A stretch of DNA of 64,000 nucleotides from an uncultured Lachnospiraceae bacterium (GTDB lineage Bacteria; Bacillota; Clostridia; Lachnospirales; Lachnospiraceae), in the NCBI GenBank assembly GCA_910584965.1, contig CAJUDZ010000011.1, forward strand, positions 17,088 through 81,087. The letters run 5' to 3'. Below, one piece after another: positions 56,298-64,000 of this stretch. Within the stretch, counting starts at the first letter, position 1; every line of letters starts with the position of its first letter. The notes under the pieces were generated by a model. That model made no database searches and was not told where the DNA came from. It was given only the letters and a program-made list of their open reading frames with translations. The position numbers and the translations under genes were made by a program.

Positions 56298-58610
56298 TCA
56301 GCCCGTCGTTCTTTCGATATCGAGTACGCTTTCGATCGTTCTGATTTTGTCCATAATCCGGTTCAGCTCTTCTCTGCTCCGAATTTCAAAGCTGACCGTA
56401 ATCGTCGCCGTTCCCTGTTTGTTAATGCGCGTGTTCAATGCAAGAATATCAATGTCTTTCTCCGTCAGCGCTTTGGAAACATCTGCCAGAAGACCGTTTC
56501 TGTTATTGGCATAAATGGAAATCTCCACCAGATATTTTTCGTCGCCGCGGTCCGCCGCCTCCTGCTGCCATTCCGCATCGATCAGCCTGACACATTCGAT
56601 TTCAGGCAGATTCAGGATATTGATGCAGTCCGTCCGGTGAATGGAAACGCCCCGTCCTCTCGTGACAAAGCCGACGATCTCATCACCGGGCACGGGACTG
56701 CAGCATTTGGAAAACCGTACCGCCACATCATGGATTCCTTTTACGACAATGCTGCTGGTGCCTTTCTTCGGCTGCATCCGGCTGTGCTGCGCGTTTTCCT
56801 TAACCTCGGCAAGCACTTCCTCGTCGGATACCTCTTTTTTATGGTCGTGGTCATACTGCTCCTGCATCCTGTTGATGATCTGGCCTTCTTTCAGGCCGCC
56901 GTGTCCGACCGCTGCCAGCACGGAATCCCAGTCGCGGAAACCATACTTTTTCATGATGGCCTCTTCGTACCGCGGAATCAGGATGTCCTGCGTACTGATG
57001 GACTTCGCCTTACAGTAGCTTAAAAGCAGTTCTCTTCCCTTCACAATATTATCTTCTTTTAATTCCTGTTTAAACCACTGATTGATCTTATTTTTGGCCT
57101 GTGTGCTCTTTACCAGATTCAGCCAGTCCCGGCTCGGCCCTTTGGAGTTCTGGGAAGTCAGGATTTCAATCCGGTCCCCGTTCTTAATTTCATAATCAAT
57201 GGTCACCAGTTTGCCGTTCACCCTGGCGCCGATCATCTTGTTGCCGACCGCACTGTGAATGCTGTACGCGAAATCAATCGGCGTGGAACCGGCCGGAAGA
57301 TTTTTGACGTCCCCCGTCGGCGTAAAACAGTATACATGATCGGAAAAAAGATTCAGATCGCTCTTTAAGAGTTTCATAAACTCTTTGTTATCTTCCGCGG
57401 TCTGCTGCCACTCCAGTATCTGCCGCAGCCAGACCAGTTTTTCCTCTTCCTGGGCTTCCACTTTCTTACCGTCAGAAGCCTCTTTGTATTTCCAGTGGGC
57501 CGCAATTCCGTATTCGGCCGCCTTGTGCATTTCATAAGTACGGATCTGGATTTCGAAAGGCTGTCCCGAAGAACCGATCAGCGTCGTATGAAGGGACTGG
57601 TACATATTCGCCTTCGGCACCGCGATATAATCTTTAAACCGTCCCGGGATCGGCTTATACATCTCATGGATAACGCCGAGCGCCGCATAGCAGTCCATCA
57701 CCGTATCCACGATGATGCGCACCGCAAACAGGTCATAGATCTGATCAATGGTCTTATTCTGGTTTTTCATCTTTTTATAAATGCTGAAAAAATGCTTGAT
57801 ACGGCCGTCTATCTGTGCTTTGATTCCGGCGCGCGCGATATGCTCTCCCACCTCGTCCACAATCGTCTGGATATACTTCTCCCGAACGCTCTTGCGGACC
57901 GCAATCGTGTCAACCAGCTCATAATAGGCTTCCGGTTCCAGATATTTTAAAGAAAGATCATCGAGTTCCACTTTGATTTTGGAAATGCCGAGCCGCTGTG
58001 CGATCGGCGAATAAATGTCCAGCGTCTCCCGCGCGACTTCCTGCTGTTTCTCGACCTTACGGTACTGTAAGGTACGCATATTGTGCAGCCTGTCTGCCAG
58101 CTTGATTAAAATGACGCGGATATCTTTCGCCATCGCCAAAAACATCTTCCGCAGATTTTCCGCCTGTCTTTCCAGCTTTTCCGCATCTTTATCGCTGCCC
58201 GTTTCCCCATGGAAACTCAGTTTATCCAGTTTCGTAACACCGTCGACAATCAGCGCCACGTCCACGCCGAATTTTTCGGCAATTTCCTCGTCCGTGATCG
58301 GCGTATCCTCCACCACGTCATGCAGAAGCCCGGCCACGATCGTTTCTTTGTCCAGTTCCAGATCGGCCAGAACGATTGCCACGCACAGCGGATGGATGAT
58401 ATAAGGTTCTCCGGACTTGCGCACCTGATCTTTATGCGCCTCATAGGCTACCGCGTAAGCCTTTTCAATCAGAGAAATATCATCCGAAGGGTGATATTTG
58501 CGCACACGGGTAATCAGTTCCTGATACAATGCTTCAGGACTCTGAAATTCCTCTATCGATTCAATTCTTCCGTCGTCAAAAACAACTTCTTTCTTTTCTT
58601 CTGTCGCCAT
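56298..58610 (-). CDS. relA: bifunctional (p)ppGpp synthetase/hydrolase
   Basis: HD hydrolase domain (LLHDVVEDT), synthetase (YQSLHTT), TGS and ACT regions; 770 aa. Confidence 0.95.
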   Translation of the reverse strand: MATEEKKEVVFDDGRIESIEEFQSPEALYQELITRVRKYHPSDDISLIEKAYAVAYEAHKDQVRKSGEPYIIHPLCVAIVLADLELDKETIVAGLLHDVVEDTPITDEEIAEKFGVDVALIVDGVTKLDKLSFHGETGSDKDAEKLERQAENLRKMFLAMAKDIRVILIKLADRLHNMRTLQYRKVEKQQEVARETLDIYSPIAQRLGISKIKVELDDLSLKYLEPEAYYELVDTIAVRKSVREKYIQTIVDEVGEHIARAGIKAQIDGRIKHFFSIYKKMKNQNKTIDQIYDLFAVRIIVDTVMDCYAALGVIHEMYKPIPGRFKDYIAVPKANMYQSLHTTLIGSSGQPFEIQIRTYEMHKAAEYGIAAHWKYKEASDGKKVEAQEEEKLVWLRQILEWQQTAEDNKEFMKLLKSDLNLFSDHVYCFTPTGDVKNLPAGSTPIDFAYSIHSAVGNKMIGARVNGKLVTIDYEIKNGDRIEILTSQNSKGPSRDWLNLVKSTQAKNKINQWFKQELKEDNIVKGRELLLSYCKAKSISTQDILIPRYEEAIMKKYGFRDWDSVLAAVGHGGLKEGQIINRMQEQYDHDHKKEVSDEEVLAEVKENAQHSRMQPKKGTSSIVVKGIHDVAVRFSKCCSPVPGDEIVGFVTRGRGVSIHRTDCINILNLPEIECVRLIDAEWQQEAADRGDEKYLVEISIYANNRNGLLADVSKALTEKDIDILALNTRINKQGTATITVSFEIRSREELNRIMDKIRTIESVLDIERTTG

Positions 58611-58664
58611 ATTCTCACCAGTCGCTTTGTTTTACAGTTTACCTGTTTTTTGAAGGATATTTTA

Positions 58665-58693
58665 AGAATACATGAACCTTCCGGCTTAGTCAA
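58665..58693 (-). promoter_or_regulatory. candidate promoter for relA (TTGACT-17 nt-TATTCT)
   Basis: -35 at 58688-58693 and -10 at 58665-58670 on the minus strand. Confidence 0.4.
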
Positions 58694-58962
58694 TATCCAT
58701 CATGCAAAAAAACACAGGCCGCACAGCCTGCATTCCAGGAATTTATTTCATAAATTCTCGTCCGAAGACCGCCGCGATTACAGCAGTTTTCTATAAAATG
58801 AAGATACCCTCAGTGAACAAGGGGATCAGCCCTTACGGCTCTCCCGGCCTGTCAATTTTCTTGACGATACCGGGCAGCAATGATACCATTTTAAGAAAAA
58901 GCGCACTCTTTTTTCATATTTTACAGTATATTATGCGCAAAAATACCGAAAGGCTCATATGT

Positions 58963-61158
58963 ATGAATCAAAATGAAATTGATCTTCTGAATTTTGAGAA
59001 TGAATTGTTGCGGACACGCAGAAAATTAAACGACCTGATCTATCAGATTTCCCACAGCGAACAAACGCCGGAAAGCAGATCACGCTGTCAGGAAAAGATT
59101 TTTTATCTGGAAACAGAATTAACCTATATGAATCAACAGTTTCAAATGCTGAGAGAAAATCAGGCACGGCAGGCAAACGCGGCCGCGGCGCCTCCAACGC
59201 ATGTTCCGCAGACACCGGTGCAGCCCGCAATGCAGACGCAGCAGACCGCCCGGGCGCCGCTTCCGCCCCGGATGGACGGCGTTTTGCCACGGACAACGCC
59301 CCCTGTTTCCGCGGATTTTCCCCGCCAGGATTATGAAAAAATATTCGGCAGGAGCTTTATGGGCATTTTCGCCTCCGTGCTGATCTTTATCAGCCTGATT
59401 ATTTTCGCCACGCTGATGCTGCCTCATCTGACCGACGCGATGAAACTAGCCGGGCTGTATCTTTTAAGCTTCGGTCTGCTTACCGCCGGGTTCTTTCTGT
59501 CCGGCAAAAATCCGGCGAATAAATTCTACACCGCCGTCATCGGCTGCGGCGCCGGCTCATTGTACCTGTCCCTGTTATTAAGCGACCTGTATTTTAAAGT
59601 ATTCGGAGATCTCGTCCTGTATGCGCTGATTCTTGTATGGGCCGTTTTTGTGAGATATCTGTCGAAATTAAAAAGCCTGGTTTTCTATATCATCGGGCAG
59701 CTCGGCATTCTGATCGCAACGATACTCGGAACCGTTCTCTGCGTTCATGACGGCGACGCGGAAAAGTTTCTCGTGTTGACGGTCTTCTACTTTATTTCCG
59801 CTTTCGTATTCTCAAATGCCGCCCCGTTTCCGCCCCTGCGGCAAAACGCCGCCCGGATTCCCGAAGGGGCCGCGGCGACGAAAACGGTCTTTGGAAACAA
59901 TCTCTGCGGCCACATTTTCAGACTGTTAAATGTTTTTATCCTGACAACAGCATTTCTCTTTCCGGAATCGTTTTCCGGTCCGGGCAAAGCGGCGCCCGAA
60001 ATGATTACGATCGCGCTGCTTTTATTGTTTCTTTTGATGGAGTTTGTTCTCTTCTACCGGGAAGAATACGAATGCGGCATGGCTTTCCAGATTCTGACAA
60101 TTACCGCTTCCTGCCTTTTCCTATGTCTGCTCAACCGGCTTACGGAATGGCCGCAGGACGTTTTTCCGGCGCTCGTATATTCGCTGGCTGTCATTTTATT
60201 ATTTTATGTCACTTTCAAAAACGCCGCATACCGAATCGTCTCGGAAATATTCGCGTTTCTGCTCATCTGGCTGGTGTGTTATGGCTCCGGCTTCCTGAGC
60301 CGTCACCTTTACATGTATCTTACGGTCATTCCTTTTCTGCTCTACGGCGGACTGAAAAAAGAAAAAACCTATCTGTACGCGGGCATCGCCTTTGTATTCG
60401 GTTTTCTGCCCCTGACGGACGGCCCGGAACATCTGATCATGGTTCTTCTTTCCTACGGCCTGTTCTGCTGTTTCGCCTCCAAAACGGACGACCTGCCTTT
60501 TAAACTGGCCGGTTATCTCGTGCTGACGCTCGCGGCGGCAATGACCGTATCCAACTGCTGTTATACCTTCTTCCGACAGCATGACATAAGCCGCGGTTTT
60601 CTCAAAGCGGACCGGATTACCTTTTTCGTCATCGCCGGGCTGCATCTTGCCCTGTCCGTATTTCAGTATCTCGGCCGTCAGAAACCCGTCGAGATCATGA
60701 CCTATGCCGTCAACGGCCTGCTGATGCTGCTGGGCTGTATCCTTTTATACGGCAGGGTCTGGCAGATACCGGTTATTCTGGTTACCGTGCTGTTATTCAC
60801 GGTCAATTCCCGGAAAATTCTGCAAAAAGACGTCCGCGCCGGCTATTATGTCGCATTCAAATACACGCTGCTGATGGTCTGCATTCTGGGTTCTTACGAA
60901 GCCGCCAGCTATCTGGTCAGCATCAGCCTGCTGTTGTTCGCCATCCTGAGCATCGTCTTCGGCTTTTACAAAGATGCGGTCACATTCCGTCTCTACGGCC
61001 TGGTTCTTTCCATAGTCAGCGTCATTAAATTAATTATGTTCGATATCCGGTACGACAGCACTCTCGAAAATGCCGTCAGCTTCTTCGTCTGCGGTCTCCT
61101 GTGCTTCGTCATCAGCTTTCTTTACAACCGCATCGATCACCGGCTGAAAAAGAAATAG
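58963..61158 (+). CDS. DUF2339-like polytopic membrane protein with N-terminal coiled-coil and Pro/Gln-rich linker
   Basis: ORF 58702..61158 trimmed to MNQNEIDLLNFENELLRTRRKLNDL at 58963 (alternative ATG at 58933); more than 15 hydrophobic helices. Family call is from memory. Confidence 0.65.
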   Translation: MNQNEIDLLNFENELLRTRRKLNDLIYQISHSEQTPESRSRCQEKIFYLETELTYMNQQFQMLRENQARQANAAAAPPTHVPQTPVQPAMQTQQTARAPLPPRMDGVLPRTTPPVSADFPRQDYEKIFGRSFMGIFASVLIFISLIIFATLMLPHLTDAMKLAGLYLLSFGLLTAGFFLSGKNPANKFYTAVIGCGAGSLYLSLLLSDLYFKVFGDLVLYALILVWAVFVRYLSKLKSLVFYIIGQLGILIATILGTVLCVHDGDAEKFLVLTVFYFISAFVFSNAAPFPPLRQNAARIPEGAAATKTVFGNNLCGHIFRLLNVFILTTAFLFPESFSGPGKAAPEMITIALLLLFLLMEFVLFYREEYECGMAFQILTITASCLFLCLLNRLTEWPQDVFPALVYSLAVILLFYVTFKNAAYRIVSEIFAFLLIWLVCYGSGFLSRHLYMYLTVIPFLLYGGLKKEKTYLYAGIAFVFGFLPLTDGPEHLIMVLLSYGLFCCFASKTDDLPFKLAGYLVLTLAAAMTVSNCCYTFFRQHDISRGFLKADRITFFVIAGLHLALSVFQYLGRQKPVEIMTYAVNGLLMLLGCILLYGRVWQIPVILVTVLLFTVNSRKILQKDVRAGYYVAFKYTLLMVCILGSYEAASYLVSISLLLFAILSIVFGFYKDAVTFRLYGLVLSIVSVIKLIMFDIRYDSTLENAVSFFVCGLLCFVISFLYNRIDHRLKKK

Positions 61159-61193
61159 GACTGGAACATAGCCCTTCTTCCGGCAGAGATTTC

Positions 61194-61493
61194 TTACAGC
61201 AGATAATGATTCTCTTTATCCGCCACCTGCAGCGCCGCGAGCGTATACGTTGCATAACCTTCGGCTACGAGCGGCTCCTGCCTGCACAAAGCCTCGGCCT
61301 CTTCGTAGCTTTCCGTTTTGAATATGACCATGCCCGCAACGCCGGGATATCCTTTGAACGGGCCGCAAAGCTCAATTTTTCCCTCGGCATCCAGCTTTTC
61401 CAAATTTTCCACATGCCTTGTAATAACGGCTTTGGTAACTTTGTTATACGTTTTCCCCTTTTTGATCATCATGACATACCGCCATTTTTCCAT
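61194..61493 (-). CDS. YciI-family protein
   Basis: 99 aa; ...RHVENLEKLDAEGKIELCGPF...EAEALCRQEPLVAEGYATY. Confidence 0.65.
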   Translation of the reverse strand: MEKWRYVMMIKKGKTYNKVTKAVITRHVENLEKLDAEGKIELCGPFKGYPGVAGMVIFKTESYEEAEALCRQEPLVAEGYATYTLAALQVADKENHYLL

Positions 61494-61545
61494 GTTTTTA
61501 CCTCCTGTAAAATGTTTGATATTCGGCCGTACTTCTTAAAATTGT

Positions 61546-62457
61546 TCACTGAGAATAGATACTGACGATTTCGGCCGCCCTTTCCCGCAGCATGACGCGG
61601 GCCGTTTCCGGGGCAATGATTTCGACATACTTCCCGAAAGAAAGAAGATAGTGGAACAGCCAGTTATTCAGCTCATAGGGAGCTTCCACATAATAATATC
61701 CATCCTCTCCCGGACAGACCAGGCTTTCCTGAAATTCATCGTACAGCCTGTGCGCAATTTCAGGCGAAAACTTTAATTTCAAAACGGGAACATTATCGTT
61801 TCCGCCGCATTCGGATACCAGCGAATAGTCCGGCGGCAGTTCCCGTTCAAACGTTTCGGACAATACTGTAAGATGCCTTACCCTGGACAAACGGAAAATC
61901 CTGATTTCTTCTTTGTATCTGCAATACCCGACGATATACCAGGCATGGGACTTAAAGACCAGCCGCAGCGGTTCTACTGTTCTTTCCGACTTTTTCAGCT
62001 CCGAATTAAAATAGCTGAACGTAATCACATGCTTGCCCAGAATCGCATCCTGCAGTTCGGAAAACCTGATTTTTTCTTTTTCATCGCTTCCCCAATAGGA
62101 AAAATCAATCTCCAGCCATTTCTGCTCCCGCGCGTTTCTGAATACGGCGCCGATTTTACTTAGAGCCGTTTCCGCATCAGGATACCGGGCTGCCTGTAAA
62201 ATCTGTAATCCCTGGCAGACACGCTGCCATTCCTCGTCAGACAATACGGATTTGTCGATCGTGTAACCGTCTATGAGGGATATACCCCCGCCGGTTCCCT
62301 TTGCGGATACTACCGGTATCCCGGCAATCGACAAAATATTGATATCCCGGTAAACCGTCCTCGTCGATACATGGAAAAAACCGGCTAATTCCTTTGCGGT
62401 CACATGCCCGTGACTGACGATATAAAAAACCATCTGAACCAGGCGTTCTATCTGCAT
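61546..62457 (-). CDS. HTH-WYL domain transcriptional regulator (YafY-like)
   Basis: Trimmed to MQIERLVQMVFYIVSHGHVTAKELAGFFHVSTRTVYRDINIL; WYL-like core RTVEPLRLVFKSHAWYIVGYC. Confidence 0.8.
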   Translation of the reverse strand: MQIERLVQMVFYIVSHGHVTAKELAGFFHVSTRTVYRDINILSIAGIPVVSAKGTGGGISLIDGYTIDKSVLSDEEWQRVCQGLQILQAARYPDAETALSKIGAVFRNAREQKWLEIDFSYWGSDEKEKIRFSELQDAILGKHVITFSYFNSELKKSERTVEPLRLVFKSHAWYIVGYCRYKEEIRIFRLSRVRHLTVLSETFERELPPDYSLVSECGGNDNVPVLKLKFSPEIAHRLYDEFQESLVCPGEDGYYYVEAPYELNNWLFHYLLSFGKYVEIIAPETARVMLRERAAEIVSIYSQ

Positions 62458-62564
62458 CACAGCACTCCTTACATAATCCTCTCCTGAAAAAGGCACAAAT
62501 TTACTATAACACTTTCAATATGACATATAGCTGTCCCATTGGATCATTTTTTCTCACAAATTCC

Positions 62565-62612
62565 GGCAAAGCAAAATGCTATGCAATCGGAAAACCTTTT
62601 GCATAGCATTTA
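62565..62612 (-). terminator. intrinsic terminator after groEL
   Basis: 12-bp stem AATGCTATGCAA/TTGCATAGCATT (62575-62586 and 62599-62610), followed on the minus strand by TTTGCTTTG. Confidence 0.65.
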
Positions 62613-62629
62613 AAATTTTTTTGTAAAAT

Positions 62630-64000
62630 TTACATCATGCCGCCCATTCCTGCGCCGCCTGCGGGCATTGCGGGTTCTGCTTCTTTGATGTTTGCAACAA
62701 CCGACTCCGTTGTGAGGAGTGTGGATGCAACGCTTGTCGCATTCTGCAATGCGCTTCTGGAAACCTTCGCCGGATCCAGAATGCCGGCTTCTACCATGTC
62801 AACATACTCTTCTTTGAGCGCGTCGAAACCGACTCCGACGTTGGACTCTCTTACTTTGCTGATGATAACGGAGCCTTCCAGGCCGGCATTGGCAACGATA
62901 TGGTACAAAGGAGATTCCAGCGCTTTCAGTACGATCTGCGCACCGGTCTTCTCGTCGCCTTCCAGTGTATCAGCCAGTTTGGAAACTTCTTTGGATGCGT
63001 GGATATATGCGGAACCGCCGCCTGCGATAATGCCTTCTTCTGCTGCCGCTCTTGTTGCCGCAAGCGCATCTTCCAGACGAAGCTTCGCTTCTTTCATCTC
63101 CGTTTCCGTTGCTGCGCCGACGCGGATTACCGCAACGCCGCCTGCCAGTTTTGCAAGACGCTCCTGTAATTTCTCTTTATCGAAATCGGAAGTAGTCTCT
63201 TCGATCTGTTTTTTGATCTGTCCGATTCTCGCCTCGATCGCTGCCTTGTCGCCTTCGCCGTCAACGATAACGGTGTTTTCTTTCTGAATTTTCACGGATT
63301 TTGCACGGCCGAGCTGATCCATCACAGCGTCTTTTAATTCCAGTCCGAGTTCGGAACTGATCACCTGACCGCCTGTCAGAATCGCGATATCCTCTAACAT
63401 TGCCTTTCTTCTGTCGCCATAGCCGGGCGCTTTAACGGCTACCACATTGAATGTGCCGCGCAGTTTGTTGACGATCAGTGTCGTCAGCGCTTCGCCTTCC
63501 ACGTCTTCCGCGATGATCAGCAGTTTTGCGCCGGACTGTACGATCTGCTCCAGAATCGGAAGAATTTCCTGAATGTTGGAAATCTTCTTATCCGTAATCA
63601 GGATGTACGGATTTTCCAGCGTCGCTTCCATCTTATCCATATCCGTCGCCATATAAGCGGAGATATAGCCTCTGTCAAACTGCATGCCTTCTACCAGATC
63701 TAACTCTGTCAGCATGGTCTTGCTTTCTTCAATCGTAATAACGCCGTCGCCGGATACTTTTTCCATAGCGTCCGCTACGAGCTGTCCTACTTCCTCATCG
63801 CCCGCGGAAATAGCCGCTACTCTTGCGATATGCTCCTTGCCGTTTACTTTGGAGCTCATCTTCGCGATCGCCTCTACCGCAGCATCCGTTGCCTTCTTCA
63901 TGCCTTTTCTCAAAATAATCGGATTAGCGCCTGCTGCCAGGTTCTTCATACCCGCATTTACCATTGCCTGTGCCAGAACCGTCGCCGTCGTCGTGCCGTC
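62630..64000 (-). CDS. groEL: chaperonin GroEL, C-terminal 456 codons (gene continues past the window end)
   Basis: In frame to the window edge: [17 protein letters not shown]...; ends with the GGM-type tail [11 protein letters not shown]. Confidence 0.95.
   Translation of the reverse strand, partial: DGTTTATVLAQAMVNAGMKNLAAGANPIILRKGMKKATDAAVEAIAKMSSKVNGKEHIARVAAISAGDEEVGQLVADAMEKVSGDGVITIEESKTMLTELDLVEGMQFDRGYISAYMATDMDKMEATLENPYILITDKKISNIQEILPILEQIVQSGAKLLIIAEDVEGEALTTLIVNKLRGTFNVVAVKAPGYGDRRKAMLEDIAILTGGQVISSELGLELKDAVMDQLGRAKSVKIQKENTVIVDGEGDKAAIEARIGQIKKQIEETTSDFDKEKLQERLAKLAGGVAVIRVGAATETEMKEAKLRLEDALAATRAAAEEGIIAGGGSAYIHASKEVSKLADTLEGDEKTGAQIVLKALESPLYHIVANAGLEGSVIISKVRESNVGVGFDALKEEYVDMVEAGILDPAKVSRSALQNATSVASTLLTTESVVANIKEAEPAMPAGGAGMGGMM

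Noticed and set aside
58702-58962. 87-codon N-terminal extension of the DUF2339-like ORF, plus similar upstream extensions of aroK, nrdR, efp, rnr, the WYL regulator, the Zn peptidase and Dabb ORFs
   Set aside because: The extensions lack an RBS, overlap upstream genes or promoter and terminator elements, and are non-conserved-looking. Internal ATGs with good SD sequences give canonical N-termini.
61194-62457. WYL-domain regulator as a marker of an adjacent defence system
   Set aside because: Its only operon partner is a small YciI-like protein. The neighbours are groEL and a DUF2339-like membrane protein, and no nuclease, ATPase or other defence-type genes are adjacent.

Overview
Core chromosomal segment of a sporulating Clostridia-type Firmicute (taxon is inferred from gene content; about 50% GC). 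59 of the 61 genes called (CDS, tRNA, tmRNA) are on the minus strand. Reading the minus strand from high to low coordinates: groEL (partial), WYL regulator and YciI, relA, MBL hydrolase, a MoxR-like AAA+/VWA(DUF2201)/LRR trio, secG-rnr-smpB-ssrA, recJ, a PfkB-family kinase, murE-priA-def-fmt-rsmB-rlmN-stp-prkC-rsgA, ychF, lgt. Next comes a dcw cluster (mraZ-rsmH-ftsL-two class B PBPs-mraY-murD-ftsW-murA-ftsQ-ftsZ) running into spoIIGA-sigE. After that: a response-regulator/HD-GYP/GGDEF gene, an inverted sigG, nrdR, yqeG-aroE-aroK-aroQ-efp, tRNA-Arg and gdhA (partial). I see no CRISPR array, integrase, transposase, toxin-antitoxin pair or recognisable defence system, so this is mostly an ordinary housekeeping region. 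The unexplained signals are non-coding. A 5-copy 65-bp tandem repeat sits where murE/murF normally lie, just upstream of mraY. A hairpin-repeat array fills the ftsZ 3' region. The ychF leader is about 300 nt and carries nested inverted repeats. A 20-27 nt motif recurs in three intergenic regions. Recognisable regulatory sites include a four-box MraZ operator with exact 10-bp phasing and a spoIIGA promoter with a 21-nt spacer. The only candidate multi-gene system of unknown function is the AAA+/VWA/LRR module at 51.6-55.5 kb. All calls come from reading the sequence and ORF translations; no database search was run.
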